A stretch of 63,171 bases of DNA, filler included, from Aduncisulcus paluster (GCA_024181965.1; 26 parts of 26 records of this genome joined end to end with filler, not necessarily neighbours in it); one strand, 5' to 3'. Numbered from the whole stretch's first letter, positions 11,919 through 24,543 are shown. A program made the numbers and translations. Notes: generated by a model from the sequence alone, not told the origin.

Positions 11919-12335
11919 AGAGATTCATGCAATTATATTGAAATTTTTTTACATTTTCGGATGCCCTATGAGTCCAGAAACAATGATCCTAAGGTCTAAA
12001 TCGTTGGCAAAAAAGCGGTCGCACGGAAAAAAATAGATTTCAGGTATCAAACCAGTCAATTTCCAAGATCAAGAGATTCATGCAATTATATCGAAAATTT
12101 TTACATTTTCGGATGCCCTATGAGTCCAGAAACAATGATTCTAAGGTCTAAATCGTTGGCAAAAAAGCGGTCGCACGGAAAAAATAGATTTCAGGTATCA
12201 AACCAGTCAATTTCCAAGATCAAGAGATTCATGCAATTATATCGAAAATTTTTACATTTTCGGATGCCCTATGAGTCCAGAAACAATGATTCTAAGGTCT
12301 AAATCGTTGGAAAAAGCGGTCGCACGGAAAAATAG
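11919..12335. repeat. ~152-bp tandem repeat, about 2.7 near-identical copies
   Basis: Units begin agagattcatgcaattata at ~11919, ~12072 and ~12223. Confidence 0.95.
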
Positions 12336-12539
12336 AGTATTATGAAAAACTAAGATGATAGCTATTATAGTAATAGAATGTGACTATCTATTAATTCTCT
12401 CCCTCCTGGACCCCACGAACTCTAGAGTGAAAGTTAAAGNNNNNNNNNNNNNNNNNNNNNNNNNNNNNNNNNNNNNNNNNNNNTTAATTAATTAANNNNN
12501 NNNNNNNNNNNNNNNNNNNNNNNNNNNNNNNNNNNNNNN

Positions 12540-12756
12540 TATTCCTGTTTCATTTCGTAAAAAAGGGGGGGTCCCCAACGATTTTTCTTTTTTTTTGGTT
12601 TTTTTATTTAATTTTCATAATTTAAGAAATTTTTATAGTAAAATAAAGGCAAATCTGTTTCAGTCATTTTATTTTTCTTTTTCCTGCTCGTAGAATGCAT
12701 TAAATAGCATTTCAACATTAAATTTAAGAAAATAAGACAATAAAATTTATTAGATA
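12540..12756 (+). mobile_element. Second copy of the hAT-like subterminal region seen at 34414-34670
   Basis: High identity, e.g. gtccccaacgatttttc...gctcgtagaatgcattaaatagcatttc. Confidence 0.8.
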
Positions 12757-13292
12757 CCCATTAAAACGTATTTTTAATTTTAAGTTGTAAAATATAGTTT
12801 TTAACAACTTAAAATACTATTTTTTACAACTGAAATAAACTTGTAACCACTCCTTTATTTTCCTGTAATTCAATATATTTTACAACTTAATTTATATTGA
12901 ATTTCAACTGAATTCCCTATAAATCGATTCGTTGTGAAGTTTAAAAAGAAGCATGGACCTGCATCGACCTTCTTTTAGAGATGAAACTCCACTATTAGAG
13001 GCATATCTTGCCAATATCGACGAGTGGCCCACCGCAGTGATATCTCTCGATCTCAGATCAAGGCTTGAAGAGGAGCAAGGAATATCATCCTCTTTACTGT
13101 CAACCGAATCTCAAACAGTATCGGGTGCCCAGCCAACTCAGTTGGATGAAGAAGAATCCTCCCTGCCTGATTTAGAGTAATCTTTATTCAATAAATTTGT
13201 TCCTTAATTTTTTAAAGGTCTTTCTAATAATTTAAGAGAAACAATTCCTCCATTTAAACGATATAAACATTCTAATATATAAAAATCTATTT

Positions 13293-14161
13293 TTGTTGAT
13301 AATCGAAAAATATTTAAAGTATAAAATGACAGTTATATGGTCTTTTGTAACGGAAATTCATGATGAAATTGAACATTTATTTAAAATTTCAAATATTGAG
13401 CAACTATCTAAAAAATCTATTTTCCCCCGTTGTTGTAAATGTTATGCGGCCGTAGGCTTTTCTCAACCCTTTTCCCATCGACATCTATGGAGGGCCACGG
13501 ATTACAAATGTCATGAATGCCAGCCATCTCATCCATTCAAATTTGTAATCCGTGGCCCCAATTCTCAAACATATTATGGCCATGTATACGACGATATGAA
13601 TACAATAATTGTCACCGAGTCAATCGAAAGGCCCGAGTTTACTGCGCATGAACCTCTTGCAGATGATATAACAGCACCTCTTGCAGATGATACAACAGCA
13701 CTTCTTGCAGATGATACAACAGCACTTCTTGCAGATGATACAACAGCACTTCTTGCAGATGATACAACAGCACTTCTTGCAGATGATACAACAGCACTTC
13801 TTGCAGATGATACAACAGCACTTCTTGCAGATGATACAACAGCACTTCTTGCAGATGATACAACAGCACTTCTTGCAGAGGGTGGGTATGCGTTTGACGA
13901 TGATTATCTCCCAATGTCTGAGCTTGTGGAGGACGAGGCTCTAGTTTCACCGCTCATCCTTTTAGAAAGGATGCTCCAAGGCCTCTCTAATCTTTCGAGG
14001 GAAATTGTCATTGATGCTCTGCTAAAGAGGATCACTCATAAAACATATCAAAGATACAGAATGGCACAGATTCGTGATGTATCCCAACCAGACCTACCAT
14101 CACTAAAGATAATACGACAGTTGAGATCCAAAGTGGTCAGAACTCACCGTCTGTGCCAGTA
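13293..14161 (+). CDS. Transposon-associated ORF with Cys motifs and an 8-aa tandem repeat; possibly a CMC/Plavaka transposase N-terminus (3' partial)
   Basis: CCKC..CHEC; (ALLADDTT)n; ITHKTYQRYR..LPSLKIIRQL resembles pre-catalytic helices of DNA transposases; lies in a TE context. Confidence 0.45.
13653..13880 (+). repeat. 24-bp coding minisatellite, 9.5 copies (cttcttgcagatgatacaacagca)
   Basis: Directly visible. Confidence 0.98.
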
Positions 14162-14262
14162 NNNNNNNNNNNNNNNNNNNNNNNNNNNNNNNNNNNNNNN
14201 NNNNNTTAATTAATTAANNNNNNNNNNNNNNNNNNNNNNNNNNNNNNNNNNNNNNNNNNNNA

Positions 14263-15054
14263 AGTGATAGTTCTGCTGCGTCGACTTCATATCATCCATC
14301 TCAGACAAAACCAGCTTCGACGTGTGACGATTTCTCTGTTATGATGTCTCCACACTTTAACAAGAGATACGCCTCGATCCAGGAAACTTTTGCTTATCTT
14401 ATGAAACGGTATGTCCTGAATCCCAATAACCCTTCTTCAAATAATAGTATACACTCCTCCTCTTCTCTCTCTTCCTCTCCTCTCTCTCCTTCAACGCATT
14501 CAAAACATTCGACCCATCATCGTCACAAACAATCATATATATATTCCACAAGCTCCTCTAAAAGTCATACTTCCCCTCCCCCTCCCTCTTGGTGTGACCT
14601 GCATAGTGACCTGCATAGTGACCAAGAAAATACAATACATCCTCCCATTCCCTCAGTTCCTCCTGATCTCCCTCCCATGCTCTTGTGTCCTATTATCAGT
14701 GTATATCCAATGTGCTCGCTGTCCCTGTGTAACTTGCCACAGCTCTCTGAGTACGATTTAAGACAAATCAATATCCCTGACCAAGTGACTGAGCTTTGCT
14801 TGGGAGGTTATCCATCTTTCTCAGGGGTAATATATCCCCAAGGTGGGTGTCAAGTTATCTCTTTATCCGTGTGGGTCCAATATGATACAGCTAGAACGAT
14901 TCTCTCGATTATAGAAGCCATTACCGAACAATATCCAAAGATTCAGGATCTTTCTATTATACTGGGTGATTGGTCAGCTTCAAGCTCATATATAAGCTCA
15001 TCTCTATCAACTAAAAGTTCTGGAGGAAGTAGTATGTTGTTTGCAAAGAAAGAA

Positions 15055-15089
<35 letters not shown>

Positions 15090-15743
15090 AGAAGAAGACA
15101 AGAAACAATCTGATTTAGATGAAACACATATTGATATTCTATCTTTCTCATTTCCTGTTTCACTCAAAACTCTTAAAATAGAAGGAATTTCTCAAGATAT
15201 TGATTATTCCTCCATTGTTGCATCTATTCCACGAGGCCTTACATCTCTTTGTCTTGGAGGTCCATGGCATCAGACTATTAACTCTCTTCGGGATGATGCC
15301 CAAGAAGATGAAGAAGATGAAGGAGGAATCAAAGGAATCGAAGAGAATCATAGTCACCATACGTTGGAAGAGGTGCCAGAAGAAGGAGAGAAGATAGAGG
15401 AAAAGGAGGATCAACACCATATTAGAGAAGAAGTGAAACACTCTTCCACCAATGATCGTGGTCCACTTCCGTTCCTTTCTGCCTGTTTATCCTCTTCTGA
15501 CATTCTCTCGTACTTCTCTCTCTCTTCACTTACATTCAGAAACATTCCACAATCTCTCCATTACAATGTTATTGGTCGTCTGTTCCCCTCTATAACAACC
15601 TTACGCATCATCCGCTGCCATGTGTCACCCTTTAGTGGGGATCTAAGGTTAAGAAACCCTCTCAAAAGGAATAGAAAGCTTTTGGATATTTTCCCTTCAT
15701 TAGTTGAGTACCAATGTGTGGCCTCTTCTGGATGTCTTCTTGA
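14263..15743 (+). CDS. Hypothetical protein with degenerate LRR-like repeats (partial at both ends)
   Basis: Frame open across the contig; SLKTLKI, GLTSLCL, SLSSLTF and SITTLRI motifs. Confidence 0.55.
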
Positions 15744-15844
15744 NNNNNNNNNNNNNNNNNNNNNNNNNNNNNNNNNNNNNNNNNNNNTTAATTAATTAAN
15801 NNNNNNNNNNNNNNNNNNNNNNNNNNNNNNNNNNNNNNNNNNNG

Positions 15845-16768
15845 ATGGCGATGGAGTTCTGTCAAGGTGGGAATGTGATTGAGTTTGCCAAGAGCTGGGC
15901 TGTTGATCTCGACGAATGTGATCCTTGTGAAGATGATGAAGAGGACCTTGTGTATGATCCTGTGAAGATCGCTGCTCTGTGTGTGGCTATCATCGAGTGT
16001 GTTGCTACCTTGTGTGTTGCGAAGAAGAAGCTTGTTCATCGCGACATTAAACCCGATAACTTCCTTGTTCGGTATGATGCTTTGAAGAAACAGTGTCATG
16101 TTCTTCTTGGAGATTTGGGCTTTGTTGAGATCCGTGACTCTATGTCTCGCAGTTCTTTCATTACCACAGATTCCTCTTCTTCTTCAACTTCTTCAAGTTC
16201 TTCAAGTTCTTCAAGATCTTCTTCATCCTCCTCCGAAGATCGTCCGTTTGTATTCAAGACATCGATCGTGGGCACTCTGTGTTACAATGCACCCGAGAGT
16301 CTTGCCAGTGGGTTTTACTGCCAACGCAGTGATGCATGGGGAGTTGTGCTGACAATATGGTCTCTCTTCAATGATATGAAGCAGCCTTTCATGGCTCATC
16401 CTAGAGTGACAATGCTGGAGCAGTCCAAAGATTATAATGTAAATTTACTGTCAGCTCTTCGAGAATTAACCCATGATAAAGTCAGCCTCCCACAGCTGAC
16501 AGACAGTGAGATCTTCTGTTCCCTTGAGACGATTGAAGGTGGGAAATACAATGCCGTGTATCAAGTGTTTCTTGCCGTGTTCGATGGTCTGTTGAACCCT
16601 GACCGTCTGAAACGAATGACGATCCACCAAGCCCGCTCTCTGACGAATGATATCAAATATTTACTGCCGCGTCTTGGAGAAGGGTGGGAATGTCCATCCA
16701 TCGAGGAGTACATTGCCCGTCAGCTTGAAGAGTATGATGGGTGTACAGGGACAATCCATGGCTTTTAA
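15845..16768 (+). CDS. Ser/Thr protein kinase, DLG type, paralog B (5' partial)
   Basis: HRDIKPDN, DLG, poly-Ser activation loop, VGTLCYNAPE. Confidence 0.9.
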   Translation: MAMEFCQGGNVIEFAKSWAVDLDECDPCEDDEEDLVYDPVKIAALCVAIIECVATLCVAKKKLVHRDIKPDNFLVRYDALKKQCHVLLGDLGFVEIRDSMSRSSFITTDSSSSSTSSSSSSSSRSSSSSSEDRPFVFKTSIVGTLCYNAPESLASGFYCQRSDAWGVVLTIWSLFNDMKQPFMAHPRVTMLEQSKDYNVNLLSALRELTHDKVSLPQLTDSEIFCSLETIEGGKYNAVYQVFLAVFDGLLNPDRLKRMTIHQARSLTNDIKYLLPRLGEGWECPSIEEYIARQLEEYDGCTGTIHGF

Positions 16769-17132
16769 GCAGTAGCAGTAGCAGTAGCAGTAGCAGTAGC
16801 AGCAGCCGTGTGAAATAAGGAGTTGATAAAGATGTGCTCTAGTTGGTGAAGTGTGTAATCTCCCAGCTCTCACAAAAAGATCTCACACTTTCACTGTTCT
16901 ATTCTATTTTCTGTTGATCTCGTTAACGGGATTCTCGTTAGACTCCAATCAGTTCCAATATACTTATTCCTTCACAAATGACTCGTACATTCCTCTAAAA
17001 TGGGCTTTATTCCCTTCTTTTTTTTTCTTTGTAGTCTTATAATTATATTCTAACTCAGTAAAACATGAACAACAATTATAACTACACAAATACAAACTAT
17101 GTTGCTATAATTAGATCATTTCTTTCTCACTC

Positions 17133-20100
17133 TCAAAATTCCACTTCACAATAAAAATATAACATTTCTTCGAGGTATTCTTTCCCCTTCTGTGTGAAAT
17201 TATTGTCGTATAAATTTAATTTCTTTAGAGCATCACATTTTGAAGCAGTTGCAACAATTCTCTCCTTAATATCATCATTGATGCCATTTTCAAAGAGCCA
17301 AACAAACTCAAGTACAGGAAAAGAGGCCATCTCTTCGAGAAAGACAGAAAAACCATCATTTTGGAGACAACAATGGTCAAGACTAAGCTTTCGTAGCTTT
17401 TTGAGAGCTAATAGCCCGCCTGTATTGCGCTTGGAGAAAGGATGACAACGATATCTATGCTTATGCAACCTTTCCAAGGATACATCTCTATCTCTTCTTC
17501 TTCTTCTTCTTCTTCTTCTTCTTCTCCTTTGCACTCACATCTTTTACACTCTCTCGCAGAGACTGCTCCTCTTCCTCTTCATCTTCTTCCTCTTCAATAA
17601 GAACGATTGGTTGATCATCTGTAGAAAGATCGGCATATTCAGCTTCTTCCTCTTCTTCTTCATCTTCTGAAGTGGTTGTGACAGCAGTTCCTTCTCCTCT
17701 TCCTTCTCCTTCTTCACGCTTCAGTAACTTTGATGGGTGGTAAGATGACAATGAAGCAGAAGAAGAGCTAGAAGAAGAGCTCGAGCAACCCTTCAAAATG
17801 GAACGCTCGCTGATCCTTCCACATAACAATAACATCCCATCAAGACCAATCGTATTGTCAGCTAAATTTAGATCAATCAGAGTATCCNNNNNNNNNNNNN
17901 NNNNNNNCCTCTTCATCTTCTTCCTCTTCAATAAGAACGATTGGTTGATCATCTGTAGAAAGATCGGCATATTCAGCTTCTTCCTCTTCTTCTTCATCTT
18001 CTGAAGTGGTTGTGACAGCAGTTCCTTCTCCTCTTCCTTCTCCTTCTTCACGCTTCAGTAACTTTGATGGGTGGTAAGATGACAATGAAGCAGAAGAAGA
18101 GCTAGAAGAAGAGCTCGAGCAACCCTTCAAAATGGAACGCTCGCTGATCCTTCCACATAACAATAACATCCCATCAAGACCAATCGTATTGTCAGCTAAA
18201 TTTAGATCAATCAGAGTATCCTTGAGTAAGAACAGAAGTCTATTTATAGATACGAGGCCATCCGGGAGCAGTGTACAGTCAGAGAGATTGAGAACACGAA
18301 GAGGAGGAGGAGAGAATAAATATTTCATGGATCTTGGAAAGGAGGAAGAAGAACCATCGCTCCAATGACCGGCATTTTGACCGGCATTTTGACCGGCATT
18401 TTGTCCGGCATTTTGACCGGTTGAAGGCGAAGAAGAACAAGATGAGGAAGAGGAAGAGCAAGGGTATAAATGTTTGATATTATTTCTAATGGATAAACAT
18501 TGCCTATGGGAGGACATTTCCTGATATTTCTTGATTGAATGACGAATAATCTTGACATTCTTGCGGAAAGAAGCAGAACTATCATCATCTTTTTCTTCAT
18601 GAGAAATTATTGGATGGGGGGGCTTTCTTCTTGTTCGGCGTTGTTGTTCAAGTTTTTGAGAAAGTTGAACTATTTTTGTCTCAAGAGCGGTGTAATCTTG
18701 CATGATTTGAGCATCGCGACTCACAATCTCTCGTTCAGTGTGAGTAAATGGAAGGAAAAGTTCAGTGATACCAAAAGAACGCACGCCGGGGTTTGAACCC
18801 ATGACCAACTCATTCAATAATGGTGAATGCAGCAACAAAAGACTCAAGAAACAACAGTCTTGAGTGCATATTCCACATGAAGCCAAAGCGAGTGAAGACA
18901 GCAAGAGGGAAGCTGGTGGAAGAGGAGGAGGAGATAAATGATATTCACATTGGCCAGTCTCAGTATCTATCGTTGAGACATAGCTGTTTTTGCTATTATT
19001 ATTATTATAATTACGATTACTAATGCATTGTTCACCATAATCATAAATATCATCTCTCAATTCTCTTCTCTTTGACCCATGATGTTGTCGTCCTTGCAAA
19101 GAGGTCAACAACGTAGAAGAGCCAGACTTGGAGACAGAGTTTTGTCTGTGTCTATAATTAGATTCTTGAGAAAAACGAAGACATAGACTCGCTATTCCAC
19201 TAAGATTGTGCATAGTTTCTCTCGTCAGTCTCTCCTTCTCTTCCTCATCGCTTTCCACGTGTGTTCCAACATCAATGATTCTCAGAGGATAAGAATAGAC
19301 ATCTGAGAAGTGAGAATGAGAAAGTTTATGATTAAAACACCATTCTTCTCTTTCTCTTTCCCTTTCTTCTTTGTGAGAGTGACCATTATGTATGCGTTTA
19401 TGGTCATGGTGTTCTTGACTGCCTATTATAGATTGACTGCCTATTTCTGGATTGTGAGAAAGAGATAGTTTGGATAGATTCCTTATAGATGCAATAGAAT
19501 ACGATAAATACATGAGAGCTTGTCGCCCGACTCCCACCTTGTCTAATTTTAGATCGGTGAGACTATTTTTAAATAATACAAGAATATGTTTGAATATATA
19601 ACACAAAAATGCTACAGTAGGCTCAATAGTAATATTACACTCCCTTTCCTTCTCTTCTATGGATGCAGATTCGATTGCAGATTCTATTTGTCTTCCTTCT
19701 CCTCTTCCATCTCCTCTTCCATCTCCTCTTCCATCTCTTGTCTTCCACCAATCCCCGTGATCTTGTAGGGGATCTCCAATAGAACAAGACACGGTTGAAT
19801 GAGTCATGATAGAAGATGACATAGAAGAGGAATCTACAGCAGCAGTAGCAGAGGAAGAAGAGGAAGAGGAAGAGGAGGAAGAGGAAGAAGAAGAGGAGAT
19901 TGTACCATTCCAATGTCTGCCTTCACCAAGACCCATATTCTCAAAGAGGGAGAGTCTTTTAACTCCATCAAAAAGAGCAAGAGAAGACAAGATAGCAGTA
20001 CATACAAGAGGGTGTAAACGTGGTAAGTGAAGAGAGAGAGATCGAGTACACAAGGGCATGAGAAGAGCTTTTCTACCTATATGGGCATATGACGGAAGAG

Positions 20101-21334
20101 ATTGAAGGAATTCTGCACTCTGAGTGGGGACAAGAGAATGAATAAGCTCTTCATCTTCTCCTTCTTCTCCTTCTCCTTGTTGTTGTTGGTGTTGTTGTTG
20201 TTGTTGGCCAAGTTTCTCAAAAGAGGATGTACCTATTTTTGGAGACTGAGTATGTACGTAGATGGTATTTTGGATCTCCCACCCTTTCTTCTCTTCAGCA
20301 TCAATGATATCAAGATCATGGTCCTGGAAAGGAACAGTAACAGTAGTCACATACTGTGAAGGACCAGAGGATGTGTGAGCAAGTGAAGAGGAAGAGGAAG
20401 AGGAAGAGGAAGAGGAAGAGGAAGAGGAAGAAGATGAACCAGCTTGTTCTTCTTCTTCCTTCTGGAGTCTTCTTCTTGCAATCTTCCTCCTTGACTCTTC
20501 CCTCTCTTCTCTTCTCCTCTCCATGGCTATGATATGTGTATGGCTAGGTGATAGATACCTGATAGGAGCCATGGATTGTCTAAGAATAGATCTGTGAGAA
20601 GAAAATGGATGTGTGTCAGGGCTGGATAGTTTTGGAGTTGTTGAAGCTATCGGAGCATCCGAGGATATCGAGGGGCCATGGTGTGCTGAGTATGCTTGGG
20701 TAGAAGTAGAAACACGGGATAAAGGGGTTTGAAATGAAGAAAAAGGATGATCCGTTGCAGATGATGATCCTGCCCGTGTTGTTTTTACCTGGGAAGATAT
20801 TTGATGCTTAGTATTGCCAGTTTTGGAAGAAATATTCGCTTGTGGATGAGGAGCCGAAGCGTCAAAACTGGGTCTAAGAGCTGATATTGGAGATGTGTGA
20901 TATAATGGAGAAATTGTCTGAATAGGTTTATGTTTAGGTTGTGAAGAAGCTATTATTGGATTTTTTTGAGAAGAAGTAGGCTGTGAAGCACCCTTTTGGG
21001 AGTACTGGGGAGGGGATGGCTTACTCCCATAAATTACAGATGCTCCAAGGTCAATGGCCTGTTGAAGGGGACTCATTCCACTGGATGGACCGGGATTAAT
21101 CGGTACTTCCAGAGTGTTGGCAGCGATATGAGAAGGTTTTAGAGTTTTTACAACTGGAGTTTCAACAGTTGGAGCAGAAAATAAAATAGGTTTTGGAGCT
21201 TTTCGTTGCACTTTTGGTTGCTCATCTTTTGCATGAATGATGGCATTATCTACTTCTGCAACGTGTACAGCGGATGTATGAGTTATTTCTAAAGGTTCTG
21301 GGGATGAAGCGACTTTTGAATTAATACACCCCAT
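17133..21334 (-). CDS. Large RNI-like LRR protein with N-terminal acylation motif; broken by an assembly gap with duplication and a frameshift near 17490
   Basis: MGCINSK start; LRRs LSKLSLSHN, LRVLNLSDC, LIDLNLADN and LKKLNLYDN; final LRRs lie in a different frame (17133-17534). Confidence 0.8.
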
Positions 21335-21576
21335 TTATATCGTTAATATGTCATGAAACTGGGCAAACAATCAATATAATAAGATTGGATGGCAAGAAAT
21401 CCGAAATTCAACAAAAATGGTCGAAATATTCTGAATCTGGAGATGAAATGATAATTGGAGCCAATAAAACACATATAATGAGCAAATATATTATATTTTG
21501 TCCATCATAAGAAATCATAAAAATTGATGGAACTCCATGGCAAAAACAAGTTTGGTTTTCCTTGTGTAATGCAATA

Positions 21577-24443
21577 ATGCGAAATCAAGGAAAAAATCTA
21601 CGTCCAGCGATTCGTTTTAATTCTAAATTTGTTTGCAGTGGTCCCCTTTTATCAGGAATAATTCTTGATCTATTCAATCCAACCAATATCAACTCTCCTC
21701 TTAGTAGTAGTAATCACACTCATTTAACAGGAGTGTTTATTTTGCATTTAGATGGAGTTTTACCACATATTGTATCCAAGATAAAGTCAGAGAGTGATAA
21801 AGAAGATTCTTCCTTCTTTCTCAGCAAATTATACAACAATGGAAAAGGTCAGCATCATTTAAATTTTCCTTCCCATTTTAAAAAGGGAGAATGGCTATCA
21901 TTCAATGTAACTCGTCCTCCATTATTCTGGACCCATTGCCGTGTTCGTTGGGGCTGGGCAGCTCTAGTATGGCGTTATTTAACCATAGAAAAGATTAAAA
22001 ACATGAAGAAAACGATCGATAGATATAATGAAAGTCTTCCATCAGGAGGATCTGTCTCTTCAATAGGAACTAAACGGAAATCAATCGGAATTCCACTTTC
22101 CTCACAATTAAAACCTCAAAAAAGGGGATTATTTTCGAAAACAACCTCTTCTTCCTCTTCTTCTTCTTCCTCTTCCTCTTCTTCTTCTTCTTCCTCTTCT
22201 ACTTCCTCTCTCTCTTCTTTCTCAACAACAACTCCAGCTCTCTCCACGTGTCCAGTAGAGCACTCCAATATTTCTTCTGATAAATACCCAAGTCTCTTCA
22301 AAGCTCTTGAATCTTTAACGTTGACTCCCTCACAGATGTGTTCAGAATCTTATCCTATCCCAACTTCCATAGGGGAACCATTGTTCATGAAACGGCAAGA
22401 AGGAGTGTGTTGTTCATGCGGCTATGAAAGAAACAAGGAAACGGGTGCGAGAACAAGTGTCTTGGCTATTCAAATTACTCAAGATATGTTACAGAAACAA
22501 CCTGTACATGCACAAACACCAGCTGGAAAGAAAGAGGAAGAAAGAGAAGAAGAAAGTGAAGAAGAAGAGCATATAACAAATGAAGAATGGTTGGAATATA
22601 TTAGAATGGAATTGAATGATTCTGAGATGTGCACTGATTGTAAAAGAACATTGAAACAGTTCGTATCTTCATTCTCACTCTCCTCTTCTTCTTCTTCCTC
22701 TCCCTCTCCCTCTCCCTCTTCCTCTTCCTCTTCTTCCTCTTCCTCTTCCTCTTCCTCTTCTTCTCAAAAATCTATAAATAGCTCAGATCAACCACAATAT
22801 ACAACAGATCCCAAATATTTCTTTGTTGAATCACCTTTCCACCCAGATCCACCAATGGTCGGAATCGACTGTGAAATGGTCATTACAAAGGCTGGTTATG
22901 AATGTGCAAGCATATGTGTTGTTGATTGGAATGGCAATAGAGTGTTACTTATGAATGTATTACCTCAAAATGAAGTCGTGGATTATGTTACTCAATTCTC
23001 TGGTATCTCTGAGAAAGATCTAAAAATAGAACAACAACAACAACAAGTAGAATTATTATTATCAGGAGGCTCTGCCTCTGGATCTGCCTCTGGATCTGCC
23101 TCTGCCTCTGCCTCTGGCTCTGGCTCTGGATCTGGCTCTGGCTCTGGATCTGGATCTGGATCTGGCTCTCTTTCTGTTTCTCTTCCAAAAGATCAATACT
23201 CGACTATCACAACTACAAGGAACTCTGATCATATCATTGAATCATTCTTACAATCTCTTTCTCCTTTCCCAGATGTTTATGAATCCTTTAGACATTTGAT
23301 ATTTGTCAACGAATGTGGTAATATAATATCTACTAAAATTGGAATGATTTGTTCTGTTCTCTGTATATTAATGAAGAACGTAAGAGCTCATGTCATTCAA
23401 AAATATTCAGAATATATCATAGGATCTTCCTCTTCTTCTTCCTCTTCTTCTTCCTCTTCTTCTTCTCGAGCAACGTTCTTGAAACCCGTGAGCCAAACTT
23501 TGAGTGCTATTGCTAAACATAATTTGGATCTATTTTTAGAACATGAGAAAGAAAAGAATGGTCCAATTAGTAGCAGTAGCAGTAGCAGTAGAAGTAGTAG
23601 AAGAAAACTCACGTCACATCTTCCAATTATTGTTGGACATGGTATAAACAATGATCTATTCTCAATGTCATTACCTTGGCCACTGATCCTTGATACCTCA
23701 ATTATTTATAGACCAAGTGGATCTAAATATAGACGCAAACTGAAATTACTTGCTGCTCGTTACCTTGGTCGTGTCATTCAAATTGGCGATTCCCATATCG
23801 AATCAACTACTTCTTCTTCTTCCTCTTCCTCTTCTTCTTTCTCATGTTCTAAAAATAGCCAACAACATCAAGTATTAGATCCTGAGGTTATGAAATGTTT
23901 GTTAGCGAAGAAAAGAGAAGATGAAAAGATGGAGAAAGAGAGATTAAAGCAGATGAAACAAACTGAAGCTGCTCGTGTTTTAAAAGAAAAACAAGAAAAA
24001 GAGAAAGAAGAGAGAGAGAGGAAAAAGAAAGAAAAGGCAGAGAAAAAAAGAGAGAAGAGACAAAAGCAAAAGGAAAAGAAACATAAAATAGAAAAGGAAG
24101 AAAAGGAAGAAAAGGAAGAAGAAGAGAAGAAAGAGTTAAGCAAAGAGAAGGAAGAGAAGGAAGAGAAAGAAGAGAAAGAAGAGGAGAAGGAGGAGGAGAA
24201 ACCATTGACAAAAGAGCAACTTACTGAAGCCAGGAAACAGAGGAAAAGAGAGAAGAAAGCTAGAAAGAAAAAAGCAAAGGAAGATAAGATGTTATTAGCC
24301 AAGAAAAGGAGAGACGAACAAAGCAGTGCAAATGCAAGTGCAAGTTCAAGTTCAAAAGAAGGAAAAGAAGAAGGAAAAGAAAGAAGAAAGGGTGAAACAG
24401 AACAACAGACTGTTGGTAAAGACTCCATTCCAGCAAGTACAAC
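21577..24443 (+). CDS. REX1/REXO1-like DEDD 3'-5' RNA exonuclease with long low-complexity insertions (3' partial, start uncertain)
   Basis: ExoI VGIDCEMV, VVDYVTQFSGI, ExoII IVGHGINNDL, ILDTS, LKLLAARYLGRVIQ. Confidence 0.85.
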
Positions 24444-24543
24444 NNNNNNNNNNNNNNNNNNNNNNNNNNNNNNNNNNNNNNNNNNNNTTAATTAATTAAN
24501 NNNNNNNNNNNNNNNNNNNNNNNNNNNNNNNNNNNNNNNNNNN

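Noticed and set aside
11919..13880. 152-bp and 24-bp repeats as CRISPR-like arrays
   Set aside because: No unique spacers, no cas genes and a eukaryotic context
17574..18221. 314-bp exact direct repeat (17574-17887 and 17908-18221)
   Set aside because: It flanks a 20-N scaffold gap; this is an unmerged contig overlap, not a duplication
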